The translations under genes and the position numbers were made by a program. Positions 10,980-20,000 of a stretch of 20,000 nucleotides of DNA are shown piece after piece (position 1 is the first letter of the stretch; each line of letters opens with the position of its first letter). The DNA comes from Chiloscyllium plagiosum (taxonomy: Eukaryota). The notes below the pieces were generated by a model. It saw only the letters and a list, made by a program, of their open reading frames with translations, had not been told where the DNA came from and ran no database searches. The DNA lies in NCBI RefSeq assembly GCF_004010195.1, contig NC_057718.1, positions 10,887,903 to 10,907,902 on the forward strand, in the 5' to 3' direction.

Positions 10980-12120
10980 ATTATGGAGGGTTATTCAGCA
11001 TATTTTCAGTTCATCCATTCAAAAAAGAACCTCTCTCACCACTGTGATAATATTCAATAAGTTCTGAAATGTTTTCAGAATTTTGCCTGCACTAATAAAC
11101 TGTGCACTCCATTCAGTGTACTGGTTGATGAGTGTAGAGAACATCATGGTATTAATCCTAAACTTGTCTCCTATTCATACACCTATCTTCCATTTTAATT
11201 CTCATTTAATTTCTCATTCACATATTAATTCTCTCCATTTTCCAAACACTTGCCCTGCTTTATGCGCATCTCTTGAGATCATGCCTCAGGCAGGAATGTG
11301 TTTTCAAGGCTAAAAGCTTTGATTTTACTTGTAGCTCAGCCCTTTGTAACTTCCAGATCATGCATGTTCCCCTTGTATAGCAATGATCAGACTGTCCACA
11401 GTATATAAAGTGTAGTCAGCTGAATATATTAGGTAGTTTGATCATGGCTTTGTCTGTCTGATATAGTAATATTTTGGCTATGCAGTTCACTATTTTCTTG
11501 CCTTGTTGATTGGTGTTCTGCATTTAATTGGGCATGAAAATGTGTTGCTGGAAAAGCGCAGCAGGTCAGGCAGCATCCAGGGAACAGGAGAATCGACGTT
11601 TCTGGCATAAGCCCTTCTTAATTGGGCATGTCTAGCATCAAGCTAACTAAGTTTTCTAGATGTAAAACTCCATCTGTAGTTATTTTTGCGCCATTTATGC
11701 AAATGTGGATCATCCATTTTTCTTTTCTCTATGTAGCATTAAATTGAATCGAGCATTGATTTCTAGCTATTGTATTTAACTCATTTGATTGAGTGTCTCC
11801 TTTAATTTCACCAACCCTTTCTAGTTTGATACCGCCCGAAAATATGACCAATGTGTAAAGGGGTTATGAGTGCAGGTTACAGATCTAGATGAGAAATTTA
11901 GTGACCCCAAATGCCAGTTCTTGGGGTCTACACATTTCCATATCATTTCACAAGTTTGTGCTCATTCCAATGATACAGCCAGTTTTTTTCAAAATTTTGT
12001 TCCCAAGATTTACAGTAAATTTATTGATGGCTTTTTAAAGGAAATTTTGACAAATGGGTTTTGAACGACTGGGTACGATACATCACTGTTCATTTCAATG
12101 TGAAGGTTGTTGGTCAGAGA
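10980..12120 (-). mobile_element. Old, heavily decayed CR1-type LINE (boundaries approximate), interrupted by a Penelope-like insert
   Basis: Minus-strand remnants resembling GVPQGSVLGP (~11900-11930), FADDTKL (~11820-11850) and the HLEYC-type C-terminal region (~11330-11520) occur in the expected order. Confidence 0.45.
11537..11617 (-). mobile_element. 81-bp Penelope-like terminal-repeat fragment with 13-bp flanking duplication
   Basis: Near-identical to 19103-19193 and to the corresponding part of 19735-19870. Flanked by TTAATTGGGCATG at 11524-11536 and 11618-11630. Confidence 0.8.
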
Positions 12121-12306
12121 GGAACTTTCTTTGAATTTATGTTGGTTGCTATTCACTTGATTTCATTTCTTATGATTCGTACATTAGTTTGAAAGTTGCC
12201 TTATGAGCCTGTTGTTGTCTCTGATGTATTCTGTCTTTTTTTAATGTGAACAACATATTAGTCTTTTGATAAAAATGTGCTTCATCTTTGTTCCATCATT
12301 TTTCAG

Positions 12307-12453
12307 GGTCAATCTCGACGTATTCAAGTTGAAGTGAGGTCAGTCCAAGATTCTGGGACGTTGCCTTTAATTGCTGAAGCAGTTCTATCTATTGCTGTGG
12401 GATGTGTCAAAACCAGACCTGCTAGAAACCAGAAATATCCAGATGCTCACATG
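12307..12453 (+). CDS. KIF13B: KIF13B exon 6 in window (147 nt, phase 0/0)
   Basis: tttttcAG|GGT ... ATG|gtaaga. Encodes GQSRRIQVEVRSVQDSGTLPLIAEAVLSIAVGCVKTRPARNQKYPDAHM. Confidence 0.95.
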
Positions 12454-12965
12454 GTAAGAGGTTTCAGGTCTGTTACTGTTGATAATGGCAGAACAATTTA
12501 AAATGATTAATTAGAAATGGCACAGAGGAGCACACAATGGGGGATTTAACTATTGGAATCAAAACTATGTTTTTATCTTGTATTAGGAATTTGGCATATG
12601 TTGCATTTTGAATTGGCAAAGGCGGTTTGAATGGAAAGAAAGCAAAATGCGAACTAAACATTTGAGATAACTGAGTTGTAGACTATAACTATAGTTGCAA
12701 TCTCTGCTGCTATGACTGTTCCTGGTTCTCTGTTGCTTGATTCCAAGTGAGTTCTGGTGCTGACTCGATCTGGCATAGTCAACCTTGTCTACTTCAAGTC
12801 ATGCTCTGTAGGAAAAGAACTTAATGCATGTTGTGTAACTGTGAAGTAAACATGTTGTGCTTTATAAAGTGATGCTGCTTAGGTGAAATGTTCACCCAAT
12901 TAATAAATCTGTATACCTCACCTATATTAGCAATGCTTTGACATTTGCTATTACCTTTTACACAG

Positions 12966-12995
12966 GAAGAGGAAGATGACATGGACAGTTACCAG
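12966..12995 (+). CDS. KIF13B: KIF13B 30-nt mini-exon 7 in window (phase 0/0)
   Basis: ttttacacAG|GAA GAG GAA GAT GAC ATG GAC AGT TAC CAG|gtatga = EEEDDMDSYQ. Supplies the conserved DMDSYQ motif that links the flanking exons. Confidence 0.92.
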
Positions 12996-13257
12996 GTATG
13001 ATTTGATAACTTTACTATTCTGCTGTCTATTCTGGCCTTCATTTTATGCAAATTGCTCTCTCTTGGCTGTCACTGGTACAATTGCCACACAAATGTTGTT
13101 GTAAATCAGCTTTCAACAAGTATAAAAGCTTAAGCAATTCAGCTCTGGTACGTCTGGTAGAGTTGCATGAGACTGAGAACCAAGAAAGCACTATTGGCTT
13201 TCCTTTGATTAGATTATTGTTGAATGAAACTCACTCCTTGTTCCTACAAAATTATTC

Positions 13258-13548
13258 GTGCCATTCAGCCCATTGAGTCTCTTCTGCATTTCTATCATGG
13301 CTAATATGTATCTCAACTTCATTTTTCTGCTTTGTCCCTGTAGCCGCTGTTCTTCTTACTACTCAAGAACCTGTCTTAAAGGCACTCAATGACTTGACCT
13401 CTCAGCCTTCTGTGGCTGAGTTCCACAGATTACCATCCTCTGCTGAAGAAATTTCCCCTCATCTCCACTCTAAAGGGTCGTCCCTTCACTCTGCCTTTAG
13501 GTCCTAGTCTCTCCTACTAGTGGAAACATCATTACCACATCTTCTGTA
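13258..13548 (-). mobile_element. CR1-type LINE 3' fragment
   Basis: ccattcagcccattgagtct...tcatggct...ttccacagatt...gaagaaatttcccctcatctc...gtcctag resembles the reverse complement of shark CR1 3' ends. Confidence 0.65.
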
Positions 13549-13924
13549 TAAAAGTACATACCTTTTTAAACTGTCATACTGTCAGCTTTTGATGGAGACA
13601 GTATATGGCATGTTTTATATGAAGGGGTTATTGTGAATTGAGCGTCTTTTCATTTCACCATTCCATTGAGCACTGTCAGGTTAAGTGTAAGATGTGAGCA
13701 AAACTCCCCATAGTCCAACATCTTGTTTATGGTCATGCAAGAGAGTTCCTGACTGTAATGGTGCAATATTTTTTTCATTTAAAACAACAAGCATCCTAGA
13801 AACATAAGGAAAAATGCTCAAGAGGACAATATTATGTTTATAGTTTACATTTATCAAAAATCCGATCTAGATTGCCTAGTTAATTTTAGTTGTACTAATA
13901 TCCTAAAATTAACTGAAATGTACT

Positions 13925-14400
13925 TTATTATACGGAGACATCCATCTGTTTTGGGAAACGAGGGGCTGGATTGACATGGCAAGACCAATTTGTGAGCATA
14001 AGTCACTTCTACAGCTGGTATAAGTGAATAACTTTGGACTGAAGTTGACTGATGGTTTTGTCCGCTGGTGCGCTGTCTTGCAATATCTGGTCACTTCTTT
14101 GTTCCTCTGCTTTTATCATGCCCTTCCTGACATATTGTCTCCAGGCAGTCCAGTCAGCAGAGAGGACTTGCCATGCTTCAGCTCTGATCCTGGCCAACTT
14201 GAGGACTTGCTTAAAGACATTCTTGAAATGTAGATGTGAACAATTTGTTTGTCTTGTGTCGATAGCATGCGTGTGATAGAACGTGATTTTGAGATCTGCC
14301 TGTAATCTATTTGAAATGTGTGACTCCTCCAACAGTGTTGCTGATGACTTGAGTCCCAATGTGTTGGAGATCCCTTTGATTGGTGTACTTCCATATCTGG
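13925..14400 (-). mobile_element. RTE-clade LINE 3' fragment
   Basis: ORF 14009-14473 - contains HFKNVFKQVLKLARIRAEAWQVLSADWTAWRQYVRKG (RTE-like KR.KD.LK...WE.LA.DR..WR motif), followed by a decayed zinc-knuckle-like SCRSDLCSQIGL. Confidence 0.7.
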
Positions 14401-14496
14401 CACTCTGTCTTGCCAGGAGATGATAAATGTATTGTAAAGGGACAGAAATGGATGATACGTTGAGCAAGAACATTAACTCTTTCTAATATATTACAG

Positions 14497-14596
14497 GAGA
14501 GGGATTTAGAGAAGCTACGTCGGAAATGGTTAAGTGCGTTGACCAAGAGGCAAGAATACCTTGACAAGCAGCTACAGAAACTTGCTAGCAAACCTA
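14497..14596 (+). CDS. KIF13B: KIF13B exon 8 in window (100 nt, phase 0/1)
   Basis: attacAG|GAG ... CCT A|gtaagt. Encodes ERDLEKLRRKWLSALTKRQEYLDKQLQKLASKP (coiled-coil-like). Confidence 0.95.
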
Positions 14597-15237
14597 GTAA
14601 GTGAAGCAAGCTCAGAGGCAACAATTTTGAATAATCAGTCTGTTACTGTAGCATTTCTTGATTACAGCCCATCCGCTAAATTCTGTCTTTGCTGCCCTAG
14701 TCTTTCCAATTCTTACCCTTTGTCCCTTTCAGGCCGTAAGCCACAAGAGATGTCAATCTGTGAGCATCATTCACCCATCAGAACTCACTCAGCTATAATT
14801 GTATGAGCCTGAATAGTAAGTATCAGCAGGCTCCTCTATGTGTGTGCTATCTGTTCTTGTCCTCAGCAATCTGATTTTCAGACTCCACACACTAGTAGAG
14901 GTCATCACAGCCCCATGGTGTCATTAAAAGTAATGCAGAGAAAGCTGCATTATGAATTCAAATGTTCTTAATATACTGTTATGAATCTGAGGTTGAAATA
15001 AGTATTTTGCTGATCAAGTTCATTTCTGTTTTGAGCACGCCAATATACCGCCTAAATTAGATGTGAAATGTCCTGTCCATGGTTGGTGACGTATGAGTTC
15101 TGACATAATGCATGTGCTGGCAGTCTCCCATCATTCTCCGTGGTTTGAACAGGATTTTTGCTATCTTACTTCAGGCACCAGTTTCTCCTCTCGTTATGTT
15201 GGAGTCAGATGTGAATTTGATGCCATGTATCTTTCAG

Positions 15238-15364
15238 ATAAATCTGAAGATGATGCAGACCGAGAGGCGCAGTTGCTAGAACGAAGATTAACTCTAACTG
15301 AGGAGAGGAATGCTGTCATGGTCCCGTCAGCAGGAAGTGGAATCCCAGGATCCCCAGCGAAATG
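15238..15364 (+). CDS. KIF13B: KIF13B exon 9 in window (127 nt, phase 1/2)
   Basis: ctttcAG|AT AAA ... AAA TG|gtttgt. Encodes (N)KSEDDADREAQLLERRLTLTEERNAVMVPSAGSGIPGSPAK(W). Confidence 0.93.
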
Positions 15365-15804
15365 GTTTGTCCTAAAATTGATTAACCAAAATAAAATTCT
15401 TCAGCTGAATGTTGTGAATTGCCATGGTGAGAGCCACTGATAGACTCAGAGATGTACAGCATGGAAGGAGCCATTGATTGAGTTATAGACATATACAGCA
15501 CAGAAACAGACTCTTCAGTCCAACTTGTTCATGCTGACCAGATATCCCAACCCAATCTAGTCCCACCTGCCAGCACCTGGCCCATATCCCTTCAAACCCT
15601 TCCTATTCATATATCCATGAAGATGCCTTTTAAGTGTTGCAATTGTACTAGACTTCACCACTTCCTCAGGCTGCTCATTCCATACATGTACCACCCTGTG
15701 CATGAAAAAGTTGCCCCTTAGGTCTTTTATATCTTTCCCCTCTCACCCTTAACCTATGCCCTCTAGTTTTGGACACCCTCAACCCAGGGAAGAGACTTTG
15801 TCTA

Positions 15805-16031
15805 CTTAGGTAAAAACAATGACTGCAGATGCTGGAAACCAGATTCTGGATTAGTGGTGCTGGAAGAGCACAGCAGTTCAGGCAGCATCCGAGGAGCAGT
15901 AAAATCGACGTTTCGGGCAAAAGCCCTTCATCATTTATTCCTGATGAAGGGCTTTTGCCCGAAACGTCGATTTTACTGCTCCTCGGATGTTCCCTGAACT
16001 GCTGTGCTCTTCCAGCACCACTAATCCAGAA
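15805..16031. mobile_element. Penelope-like inverted terminal-repeat pair (palindrome) nested in CR1
   Basis: Arms 15844-15933 and 15942-16031 are reverse complements at 88/90 positions with an 8-nt spacer. Host sequence ACTTTGTCTA is duplicated at 15795-15804 and 16031-16040. Confidence 0.85.
15937..15972 (+). ncRNA. Minimal type I hammerhead ribozyme motif (Penelope-associated), intact core, sense to KIF13B
   Basis: CTGATGA-A-GGGC-TTTT-GCCC-GAAA-CG-TC (15941-15968): conserved CUGANGA and GAAA boxes, 4-bp stem II, palindromic ACGU stem III, GUC cleavage triplet. Stem I is weak. Confidence 0.7.
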
Positions 16032-17167
16032 CTTTGTCTAAATACTCTATCCATGCCCCGAATGATTTTATAAACCTCTATAAGGTCACCCCTCAGCCTG
16101 TGATGCTCTTGGGAATACAGCCCCAGCCTATTCAAATTGTCCCTATAGCTCAAATCTGAGGAGCCACGTAGGATCAACTTCCCAATATGGTCCCGCAGTC
16201 AGGGCAGTCGATAGAAACTGCCGTAAAGACTACTTTTTGCCTTCCTGTTGTAAGTCCCAGGTTTCCTGCCTGTCTCAGCAGTGGTCTCTGACTTTGAAGA
16301 TAGCAGCCTTCCTTCATAGGAAAGCAGCCCCTGTATCTGACTGCTGAAAAATACAACCCTGTTTCCAGCTGTCTGTTGAAGCCAAAGTACCCAGCCCTGT
16401 TGTCACCTTCCTGTTGTGTCTGGGCAACTCTGGAACCTGGTGACTGAAAACCCAATTTCAAAATTGCAAGCATCTCTTCTTTGTTCCATTTTCAAATGTG
16501 GTGTTACTCCTGTTTCTGTTACTCCTCCACATGCAAATACACAAGCTGTATTTAAATATGCTATTTTTTTCCCTCCTGAATGGGCCTGTGCACTTCAATG
16601 CAGATAGGCAGCATCAGCGTGACAAAGTGAACAGTTGTGTAATGCTTGCAGATTCATCAGCAGTTAGAGGCCAGCATGTAATTAGATATTTAATGTTAAC
16701 TGAGATGAATAGTCAACTTTCTGCACCTTGCATTTTGAATTGCCAAATTCTGATGATCTAAAACATTAAAAGTAGAGAGGTTTTGTCTTCTGCTTCTTTA
16801 TAACTATCCAGTAATCCAAATTACATGATTTTGAATTGATGTCGTCAGTCACAGCATTGAGCAGTAATGGTTCCAAAATTCACCCTTAATAGTTGATCTA
16901 AAATGACTGTATCCCCAGGTTCATTTATTTTATTGTGACTTTAATAAATCAAATTCTGTTACACATTACACACAATCCAAGATGTTTTAGTTAACCAACA
17001 TCTTGCAAATCGCACTCCGCAATTGCGTGATTAGAGCTAGACTATTTGTTCGTAGTAGTTGAGTCAGGTTAAATTTTTATTGCAAGTTAGGCATTCAGTT
17101 TTTTCCATTTGAGATGGTAAATTGCTTATCCCTACAATATTTATTTGATTTTCGGAATTTCTTGTAG

Positions 17168-17223
17168 GAGCCCAGTGGCTGGAATGGAAACACATGTTCC
17201 TGTTGTTTTCCTTGATCTAAACG
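17168..17223 (+). CDS. KIF13B: KIF13B exon 10 in window (56 nt, phase 2/1)
   Basis: tttcttgtAG|G AGC ... AAC G|gtaatt. Encodes (W)SPVAGMETHVPVVFLDLN. Confidence 0.93.
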
Positions 17224-17699
17224 GTAATTTTTTGTTCTGTTTTCTTTTATAATGCATTAGTTGAAAGGGGAAAAAAAATGCTTTTCTTCTAAAATTTGGA
17301 GGATGGGTAATCAGTGTGATCTGAGCAGTATCATTCATGTCCTGACAAATTGGTGAAAGCAATCTTTTATATCATATTTTAACAAGTACTTCTATTTTAA
17401 CAAGCAATGACAATAATGCTGGCTTAACCTGTCCAGGTTAATGAGAGAGGACTGTTATTTGTCCACTTTCTGATCTAATTAAATTCGAGATTGCATGCCC
17501 CATCCAAGTAAAGTAACTGGAAGCAGCAAGCATTGGGAGGTTTAGATTGGTTTTAGAGTTTGTGAAATCTTGAAAGATTCATCTTCGTTCCTCAATTTGT
17601 TTAGCCCACATGAGCCAAAAGGTTAAGTATACTATGGTAAATCGCAGATGAACCTAATTCAACTGATTGACTGTTAGCATGTTTGAATCCAGATTCAAA

Positions 17700-17965
17700 T
17701 TAGTCCCCCACTCCCTGACTCTTTCCCAACGTGCTTACATGTTTTCTCCCAAACCTTTTTCAATGCCACCTTGAAAATTGCGACCAAATCTGTTTTCCCC
17801 CATCAAAATCCTAACCACTTGTTATGTAAAATGTTTTTCTCGTGTTAACTCCAGTTCTTCAACCCTCTCTGTAAACCTATGCATTCTGGCAATTGATCCT
17901 CCAACTGTTGGAAATAGTTTCTCTTTTATTACCTAAACCCTTTTCTGATTTTGAAATATTCTCTT
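17700..17965 (-). mobile_element. Decayed CR1-like fragment
   Basis: atcctaaccacttgttatgtaaaatgtttttctc...aaacctatgcattctgg...ggaaatagtttctc...ctgattttgaaat parallels the CR1 3' region seen at 15680-16080. Confidence 0.45.
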
Positions 17966-18357
17966 AAAAGCAGCTTTGGGGCAGAGCCACTTCGATCAGG
18001 ATAAAAATGCTTTTTACAGAGCACAAGTGTGTCAGTAGTTTGCCCAGGCTGACAAGTACTGCTGCTGAGTTTATCCTTAACTTACTTTGCTCACCCAGCA
18101 CCTGACTTGTCAGGGTGGATTTGTCTCAGTCTAATTTCTTCCTTGACCCATGGGATTATGCTTGATTGCCATTCTCTTTGATTCCTGATTTCAAATGCCA
18201 GTGCCACCAAGTTAGGTTTGTCACTCCCCTCTGAGTAGTTTGGAGGACAAGAGTGAAGGTAGCTAGCAATGCAATGAATGTCTTTCCACAATTCTTCATT
18301 TCACTTTCTTGAGACAACAGGTATCTCTGAAATACAATTAAAGCTCTCTCATTATGT

Positions 18358-18663
18358 GGGCGGCACGGTGGCACAGTGGTTAGCACTGCTGCCTCACAGC
18401 GCCAGAGATCCGGGTTCAATTCCCACCTCAGGTGACTCTCTGTATGGAGTTTGCACATTCTCCCCGTGTCTGCGTGGGTTTCCTCCCACAGTCCAAAAAT
18501 GTGCAGGTTAGGTGAATTGGCCATGCTAAATTGCCCGTAGTGTTAGGTGAAGGGGTAAATGTAGGGGAATGGTTCTGGGTGGGTTGTGCTTCGGTGGGTT
18601 GGTGTGGGCTTGTTGGGCCGAAGGGACTGTTTCCACACTGTAAGTAATCTAATCTAATCTAAT
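18358..18663 (+). mobile_element. HE1-type (V-SINE superfamily) elasmobranch SINE, near full length
   Basis: tRNA head gggcggcacggtggcacagtggttagc...gggttcaattccc, V-domain-like tggagtttgcacattctccccgtgtctgcgtgggtttcctcc, CR1-like tail gggccgaagggactgtttccacactgta and (TAATC)n terminus. Confidence 0.88.
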
Positions 18664-18811
18664 TATCCATATGTATGTACAGACCACAGCAGAGGAATGC
18701 CATTAGCTAGGAAAAAGTTTTTAAAACATTTTTTAACAGTGCCAATAGATGTTATGCTTGTATTTAGTGCTGTTGCTATTTTCTTCTCTTTCCTTGCTCA
18801 CTCACCATTAG

Positions 18812-18936
18812 CTGATGACTTCAGCTCCCGTGAAGATCTGGATGGGCCAGAACCTGGTGCACTGGATGCCAGCCTTACTGATGAAGATGATGATGACATT
18901 TTTGAACTTCAGATTGCAAAGCATCACGAGCCAGAG
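18812..18936 (+). CDS. KIF13B: KIF13B exon 11 in window (125 nt, phase 1/0); gene continues beyond the window
   Basis: ccattAG|CT GAT ... GAG|gtgatt. Encodes (A)DDFSSREDLDGPEPGALDASLTDEDDDDIFELQIAKHHEPE. Confidence 0.92.
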
Positions 18937-19102
18937 GTGATTGAACGCTCCATAGTTATATATCTTCAGATTAAATGAACTTCTAATAATGAAAAGCAAG
19001 GTAGAACATTGGACAGCGAGGACTGAATAAAAGTGCATTTGAGGAAGGAAAGGGGTTTTATAAGCTTTCCTTGAAACCAGGATTGTAGGGAGAATAAAAA
19101 TG

Positions 19103-19197
19103 GGCTGGAAATGTGTTGCTGGAAAGGCGCAGCAGGTCAGGCAGCATCCAGGGAACAGGAGAATCGACGTTTCGGGCATAAGCCCTTCTTCAGGAAT
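19103..19197 (-). mobile_element. Short Penelope-like terminal-repeat insertion with 11-bp flanking duplication
   Basis: Same unit as 11537-11617. GAATAAAAATG at 19092-19102 and 19194-19204; the second copy overlaps the element's own GGAAT end. Confidence 0.8.
19162..19197 (-). ncRNA. Minimal hammerhead ribozyme motif, intact core, antisense to KIF13B
   Basis: Minus strand reads attc-CTGAAGA-A-GGGC-TTAT-GCCC-GAAA-CG-TC-gatt (core 19166-19193). Confidence 0.68.
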
Positions 19198-19489
19198 AAA
19201 AATGTCAAGTTAGAAAGGGGCAGCAATCCCAACTTTTAATAATGGGTAGAATTTTGTTTTCATTTTTCAAGGTAAGATTACAGCAAAGAAGTGAGGATCA
19301 TTTATCATTCATGCACTGAGGTTTACAGCAGGTGCAGAATATTTATCTGTTCGAATACGATAAATCCTAAACTGAATCGGGCCAAGCATGAAACAGTTTT
19401 GAAATTCAAATATTTAAGAAGTTAAAGTTCTTGTATCCCACTGCTAGAGCAAAACTGTGAATGGAGTTGGAAGTGAATTTGTAATGACA

Positions 19490-19733
19490 GAGTAGTGGTA
19501 ATGTCACTGGACAAGTAATTCTGCCAGTGGAGCTGTTGGATTTTAAATTCAATTAATTAATAAAAATCTGGATATGAATCACAGTCTTGATAGTGGTATC
19601 ATAAAGATATTGTTGTTTGTCATATAAGCCTTTATGGTTGGCTGGTGTCCTTTGGAGAGTAAATTTATCGTCCTTGCCTGATTTAACCTACATGTGACTC
19701 TAGATCCAGAGCATTGTGATGGATTCTGAACTG
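19490..19733 (+). mobile_element. Decayed copy of the 6115-6572 SINE family, truncated by the Penelope-like insertion
   Basis: gtagtggtaatgtcactggac...aaattcaat...aaaaatctgga...cctacatgtgactctagatccagagca matches the reverse complement of 6310-6560. Confidence 0.65.
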
Positions 19734-19734
19734 A

Positions 19735-20000
19735 AAAGGAGAAAGTAAGGTCTGCAGATGCTGGAGATCAGAGCTGAAAATGTGTTGCTGAAAAAGCGCA
19801 GTAGGTCAGGCAGCATCCAGGGAACAGGAGAATCGGCGTTTCGGGCATAAGCCCTTCTTCAGGAATGAGTAAAGTTTGTCCAGCAGGCTAATATAAAAGG
19901 TAGGGAGGAGGGACTTGGGGGAGGGGCGTAGGAAATGTGATAGGTGGAAAGAGGTCAAGGTGAGGGTGATAGGTCAGACTGGGGTGGGGGCGGAGAGGTC
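19735..20000 (-). mobile_element. Penelope-like element 3' end/terminal repeat, running off the window
   Basis: Longest copy of the repeat (ggagaaagtaaggtctgcagatgctggagatcagagctgaaaatgtg...cttcttcaggaatgag), followed by purine-rich internal sequence. Hammerhead-like core at 19835-19862 with GUC changed to GCC. No RT or GIY-YIG ORF is visible in the window, so the class is inferred from the repeat. Confidence 0.7.

Larger units (their letters stand above)
15438..16160 (-). mobile_element. CR1-type LINE 3' fragment, split by a Penelope-like palindrome
   Basis: LSYRDNLNRLGLYSQEHHRLRGDLIEVYKIIRGMDRV (to the right of the insert) continues as SLFPGLRVSKTRGHRLRVRGERYKR (to the left), the typical CR1 ORF2 C-terminus. 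Possible TSD GAGCCAC at 15431-15437 and 16161-16167. Confidence 0.85.

Noticed and set aside
11170..11245. AT-rich attctc/atttt quasi-repeat
   Set aside because: Low complexity with no consistent period.
16170..16480. Non-repetitive-looking intronic stretch with a 99-aa minus-strand ORF
   Set aside because: No recognisable protein motif, splice pattern or structure; conservation cannot be assessed without alignments.
18358..18430. Functional tRNA gene (also at ~3700-3770, ~6480-6570 and ~9640-9712)
   Set aside because: The A/B boxes run into SINE bodies and tails, and I could not build a complete cloverleaf.
885..18936. KIF13A or a pseudogene instead of KIF13B
   Set aside because: Motifs RSYFKRADPF, WDLGIIQAKTRSLRDRW and REAQLLE.RLTLTEERNAV match KIF13B as I recall it, and all 11 exons join in frame with no stop codons.
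756..19179. Short ORFs in the supplied track as independent genes
   Set aside because: They are exon read-throughs into introns, antisense shadows of exons, decayed LINE frames or repeat-derived ORFs (for example the MPETSILL... ORFs come from the Penelope-like repeat).
11537..19870. CRISPR-like repeats or Rho-independent terminators (GGGC-TTTT-GCCC hairpins)
   Set aside because: The context is a eukaryotic intron, the copies are kilobases apart with no spacers or cas genes, and the hairpin is better explained as hammerhead stem II.

Overview
Eukaryotic, AT-rich genomic DNA, almost certainly from a cartilaginous fish (HE1-type SINE and shark-type CR1 and Penelope repeats). The whole window lies inside a + strand kinesin-3 gene, KIF13B. 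Eleven internal coding exons (885-1034 through 18812-18936) with canonical GT-AG sites splice into one uninterrupted 1341-nt frame (447 codons) of the post-FHA stalk region. The introns hold decayed CR1, L2 and RTE LINE fragments, tRNA-derived SINEs and four Penelope-like terminal-repeat insertions carrying minimal hammerhead-ribozyme motifs. Highlights: (1) the only hammerhead core in the gene's sense orientation sits inside a 90-bp near-perfect hairpin with its own antisense copy; (2) a ~190-nt intronic hairpin next to a 3' splice site has inner-stem mismatches that are all G-U compatible on the transcribed strand; (3) a SINE appears to consist of a tRNA head plus the 5' and 3' ends of the adjacent LINE. 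No prokaryotic system or CRISPR array was seen. All family assignments are from recognition and manual alignment, not database searches.
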